DNA of 64,000 nucleotides. Source: Candidatus Marinacidobacterales bacterium (GTDB lineage Bacteria > Acidobacteriota > Vicinamibacteria > Marinacidobacterales > SMYC01). A program made the translations under genes and the position numbers. Each line of letters starts with the position of its first letter. Within the stretch, counting starts at the first letter, position 1. This document shows positions 60,738-64,000 of the stretch, one piece after another. The stretch spans positions 1,248,001-1,312,000 of the forward strand of contig CBDCYI010000011.1 of NCBI GenBank assembly GCA_965224085.1. The letters are read 5' to 3'. The notes under the pieces were generated by a model that saw only the letters and a program-made list of their open reading frames with translations, was not told the DNA's origin and made no database searches.

Positions 60738-63725
60738 TCACGTTGCAAGCGACCGTGAACCGCGGCGTTTCCACATAAAGCCTATGGCTGCGCTCAATAG
60801 GAGAAAGCCGCTGACGGGCACGAGCCAGTCGCGCTCGGGACGACGCTTTTTGGGCAGAGCCAAAGGCCGCCAGTCTCCGTTCAGAATGAAGGGCGCCCAA
60901 TAAAACGGGTCTTTCTTATCGCCTCGCGACGCGTGCAAGTAATCGAGCTTGGCTTGGCGTAACGCCTGCTTCTTGCTTGAACCCGCTTGCAGGTGCCGAT
61001 AGAAGAACTCCATGATGCGCGCCGTCGCGTCGTCATCGACACTCCACAGACTGACTACCAAACTCGGCACACCGGCATACAAGAAGGCACGGCTGATGCC
61101 GATGAGCCCCTCGCCCTTGCGGAGGTTGCCCAAGCCCGTGTTGCAGGCGCTCAAGACCGCGAGCTCGGCGTTCAACTTCGCGTCGAAGATCTCGTAGGTT
61201 TGGAGGACGCCGTCCGCGAGCGCGATCCGTGAGTAGAGCGGCTGCCGATCATCGTTCCAAAAATGGGTGGCGAAATGAAGCACCCCATATTGCTCGGCTT
61301 CTTGCTCGAAGGCGGTTTCTGTCGCCGCGTCACCCGTAAACACACTGTTCTCAAAGCCCTCAAACGCGGCTTGAATGGCCTCCACTTCAGCCTCAGAGTT
61401 GGGAAGACGCGGCGTTCTGTCCATCGTGTCCGGGAAAGACGGGTTGCCAAAGGCGATAACACCTTTTCTAGATTCTCTTGGTCGCTTCAACGTCGGATCG
61501 AGCACACTCGCCGAGGCTGAGTACGATACCGCGTAGCGCTCGACCAAGAAGGTGGCGGCAGAGAAATCGTAGCGGTGCTCGGCGTCTCGACTCTCGATGA
61601 CCAGCACTTCGAACGGCAGATAGAAAAGGAAATCGTCGGGGACGATAATGAGCTCAGCGCTTTCGGGCAGCCACGCTTCCACGGGTTCGAGCAACGTTTG
61701 GTAGAGAGCTCTTGCCGGAGGCAAGGAAAAGTCCGCAAGCTCAGGGTTGAAGACCCTGAAGACTTGGCCGCTGGACTTCGCGTCGAGGGCGCCGTCGACT
61801 TCGAATAGAGGGCTCAGCTTCGCGAGCCGTCGTCTCAGCTCCTGCCTGCCCACGGGCACCTCGCGGTAGTGGAGCTCGTCCCGACTCACGACGAATACGG
61901 AGAGACTCTCCTCGCCTATCAAGTATTCCACCAGGACCTGGTCGGGCTCGAGTACCCTGGATTGAACGCTGGCCACATCGAGCGGCTCCGAAAGAGCCAT
62001 TTCATAGAACTCGCCGTTCTCCTCTCGGACGCGATCCAGAAGCAACGACTTCCGAAGCTCGAGCGCCGTTATCCGCTCTTCGAGCGTGACGGCGGTCGCG
62101 ACGTTGCCTAGAATACGCGAGCGCATCCGTGAGAGCTCGGCGTGGTTTTCTGAAAGCTCAGCGCGTACCGCTTCAAGCTCCAGACGAAGGTCCTCAGGCA
62201 GGTGGGTCTCGAAGAGCGTTTGTCCTCTCGCCAAGATGTCGAGAAAACCTTTTGCTTTGAATTTCTCCGTGAAGGCGAAGGCTTCCTTGAAAGCACCTTC
62301 GGCGGCCAAAAGCTGCACGATCGCGGGATAGGCCTCGTACTTATCCTCGAGAAACGAGCTTCCCAGCGATTCGATGGCGAGCCCCTCCCGCACCTCGTCG
62401 TAAAGCGCGATGGCTTCTGCGTAATGCGCTATCGCCTTCGCCGCTTCACCTTGCATCTTGTAGGTCGAGCCGAGCCCTGCCTGAGCTTCCCAAACGGCTT
62501 GAACCTCACCCGTCCGCTCTCCGATCGATAGCGCTCGATTGTAGTACGCAATCGCTTCAGCGTTGTAATAGCGCAAGGCCTCCGCGAGATCGCCGCGACC
62601 CTGGAACGCCTCAGCCATGTTGGCGAGGGTCACACACTGCTCAGTCCTGAATCCATACTCACGCGCAAGCATCAAAGCTTCGCGATAATGCGCGAGGGCG
62701 CTCTCATAGCGCCGAGCTTCCTTGTGTACTGAGCCGACATTGCCGAGGGCGATGAGCTCGGCTCGGATGTCTCCACTGTCTCGCGCAAGCCTGAGGTTAG
62801 TCCGGAAATATTCCAGCGCTTTTTCGTGGTCGCCCGCCATCGCGTAGACCGCGGCCGCGTTGTTCACACTGCTTGCTTCCCTACTTCGGTCTCCGATCTC
62901 TTTGGCGAGGTTTAGAGATTCGTGAAGATAGTCCAGCGCTTTCAGGTAGTCCCCCCGAAACCATGCAATCGTGCCCTGCATCATCGCCGCATAGGCGAGC
63001 ATTTCGAAATCACCACGACGATCGGCCGCTTGCCGCAAGGCCAGGCACGATTCCCAACTCTTTTGGTACCTCCCAGTCCGAAAGTAGCTCTGCACGAGCC
63101 CGTGGTTGGCTTGCGTGAGATCGGGATTGAGCTCGAGCGCCCTCGTGAAAGACCGAATGGCTTCGTCGACTTGGAAACTTTGAGCGTAGCTCCAGCCCAA
63201 TCCCAACAATGCGTTGGCGTTTCTCGGGTACGCGATCGTGAGGGCTCCGAAGTAATCGATCGCAGCATCGAGCGCGTCCTTGGCGCGATACACTTCGACC
63301 AGCCCGCCATGCACACCATAGGGCTCGGCAAATTCTGGCTCGAGGCTTACCGCACGCTTCAGTTTCTCGAGCGCTCCGTCGACGTCGCCCTCGTGAAAAT
63401 CGAGCCGCCCCAGTCCGTAATGCGCGTACGCATCTCGTGGATCGGTTTCGACCCGCTCTTCGAAATAGCTGCGCGCTCCGCTCACATCGTGCAGCAACAG
63501 GAAGAGATCGACAAGGGCTCGATGGACAGTGTCGAGATCGGGGTGCTCGGAGGCGAGTTGCTTTGCGTCCCGAAGGGCGAGGCGATAGGCGGACTCGCCC
63601 CTCAGCCTGAGGACTTCGAGAAGACGTTCGCTCATGCCCGACTGCGCCGACGCAAGCGACCCTGCCACGACTGCACAGGCCGTAAGCGCGGTGACGAGGC
63701 CGGGGGCGAGCGAGTCGCTCCGCAT
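60738..63725 (-). CDS. TPR-CHAT (caspase-like) protease with signal peptide and C-terminal TM anchor
   Basis: TPRs; IIVPDDFLFYLPFE, LHFATH, VLSACNTG, VSLWSVDD, PFYWAPF; TM plus KRR at the end. Confidence 0.9.
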   Translation of the reverse strand: MRSDSLAPGLVTALTACAVVAGSLASAQSGMSERLLEVLRLRGESAYRLALRDAKQLASEHPDLDTVHRALVDLFLLLHDVSGARSYFEERVETDPRDAYAHYGLGRLDFHEGDVDGALEKLKRAVSLEPEFAEPYGVHGGLVEVYRAKDALDAAIDYFGALTIAYPRNANALLGLGWSYAQSFQVDEAIRSFTRALELNPDLTQANHGLVQSYFRTGRYQKSWESCLALRQAADRRGDFEMLAYAAMMQGTIAWFRGDYLKALDYLHESLNLAKEIGDRSREASSVNNAAAVYAMAGDHEKALEYFRTNLRLARDSGDIRAELIALGNVGSVHKEARRYESALAHYREALMLAREYGFRTEQCVTLANMAEAFQGRGDLAEALRYYNAEAIAYYNRALSIGERTGEVQAVWEAQAGLGSTYKMQGEAAKAIAHYAEAIALYDEVREGLAIESLGSSFLEDKYEAYPAIVQLLAAEGAFKEAFAFTEKFKAKGFLDILARGQTLFETHLPEDLRLELEAVRAELSENHAELSRMRSRILGNVATAVTLEERITALELRKSLLLDRVREENGEFYEMALSEPLDVASVQSRVLEPDQVLVEYLIGEESLSVFVVSRDELHYREVPVGRQELRRRLAKLSPLFEVDGALDAKSSGQVFRVFNPELADFSLPPARALYQTLLEPVEAWLPESAELIIVPDDFLFYLPFEVLVIESRDAEHRYDFSAATFLVERYAVSYSASASVLDPTLKRPRESRKGVIAFGNPSFPDTMDRTPRLPNSEAEVEAIQAAFEGFENSVFTGDAATETAFEQEAEQYGVLHFATHFWNDDRQPLYSRIALADGVLQTYEIFDAKLNAELAVLSACNTGLGNLRKGEGLIGISRAFLYAGVPSLVVSLWSVDDDATARIMEFFYRHLQAGSSKKQALRQAKLDYLHASRGDKKDPFYWAPFILNGDWRPLALPKKRRPERDWLVPVSGFLLLSAAIGFMWKRRGSRSLAT

Positions 63726-64000
63726 TCGAGATTACTCCAAATGACGCGCAATCAGACCATACTACAAATGGCTAGTGTCCTGTCCCAGTAATTCGTTAGC
63801 ATAAAGCTCGAGGTTATTTTGTGTGGTGGCGAGGCGTGCCGACGTCTCGGGATATTTCGAGCCGCCTCGAGCAGTTGAGCCTGTCGAGCAGAGGGCTAGG
63901 CGGAGGCCGAACTGGAACGATACCGAAACGAACCAGCGCGCAAAAGGGACCGAGGTTTGTGTGACGAACTTCTGATACAGGGCACGAACTTGGAGGAGTT

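Overview
High-GC bacterial chromosome segment. Gene style (ADOP-type permease tails, TolB-tailed Ser/Thr kinases, a DUF4388-J-TPR protein) suggests Acidobacteriota, possibly Vicinamibacteria; this is an inference. 1-25 kb is a decaying accessory mosaic: many gene fragments, an attC-like integron site, an IS1634 element, about six toxin-antitoxin modules or remnants, K+ transport genes and a XerCD dif site at 23492-23519. 25-30 kb is a minus-strand redox cluster with two in-frame UGA codons at catalytic Cys positions, each followed by a SECIS-like hairpin (a secreted Prx/TlpA-like UxxC protein coupled to a stand-alone nDsbD, and an OsmC-like protein beside a flavin reductase and a V4R protein). 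Two copies of an IS200/IS605-end-like repeat bracket this cluster. 30-41 kb is intact core genes (parB, parA, bifunctional nuclease, miaB, recN, tolQ-tolR-tolA/tonB-tolB-pal-cpoB, ssb). 41-64 kb holds a decayed lexA-imuA-imuB-dnaE2 cassette with a non-canonical palindromic operator, an IS1595 that truncated prpE, metabolic and transport genes, a lone TIR gene, and a CHAT protease-ECF sigma-anti-sigma trio. All family calls come from motif recognition by eye; no database searches were run.
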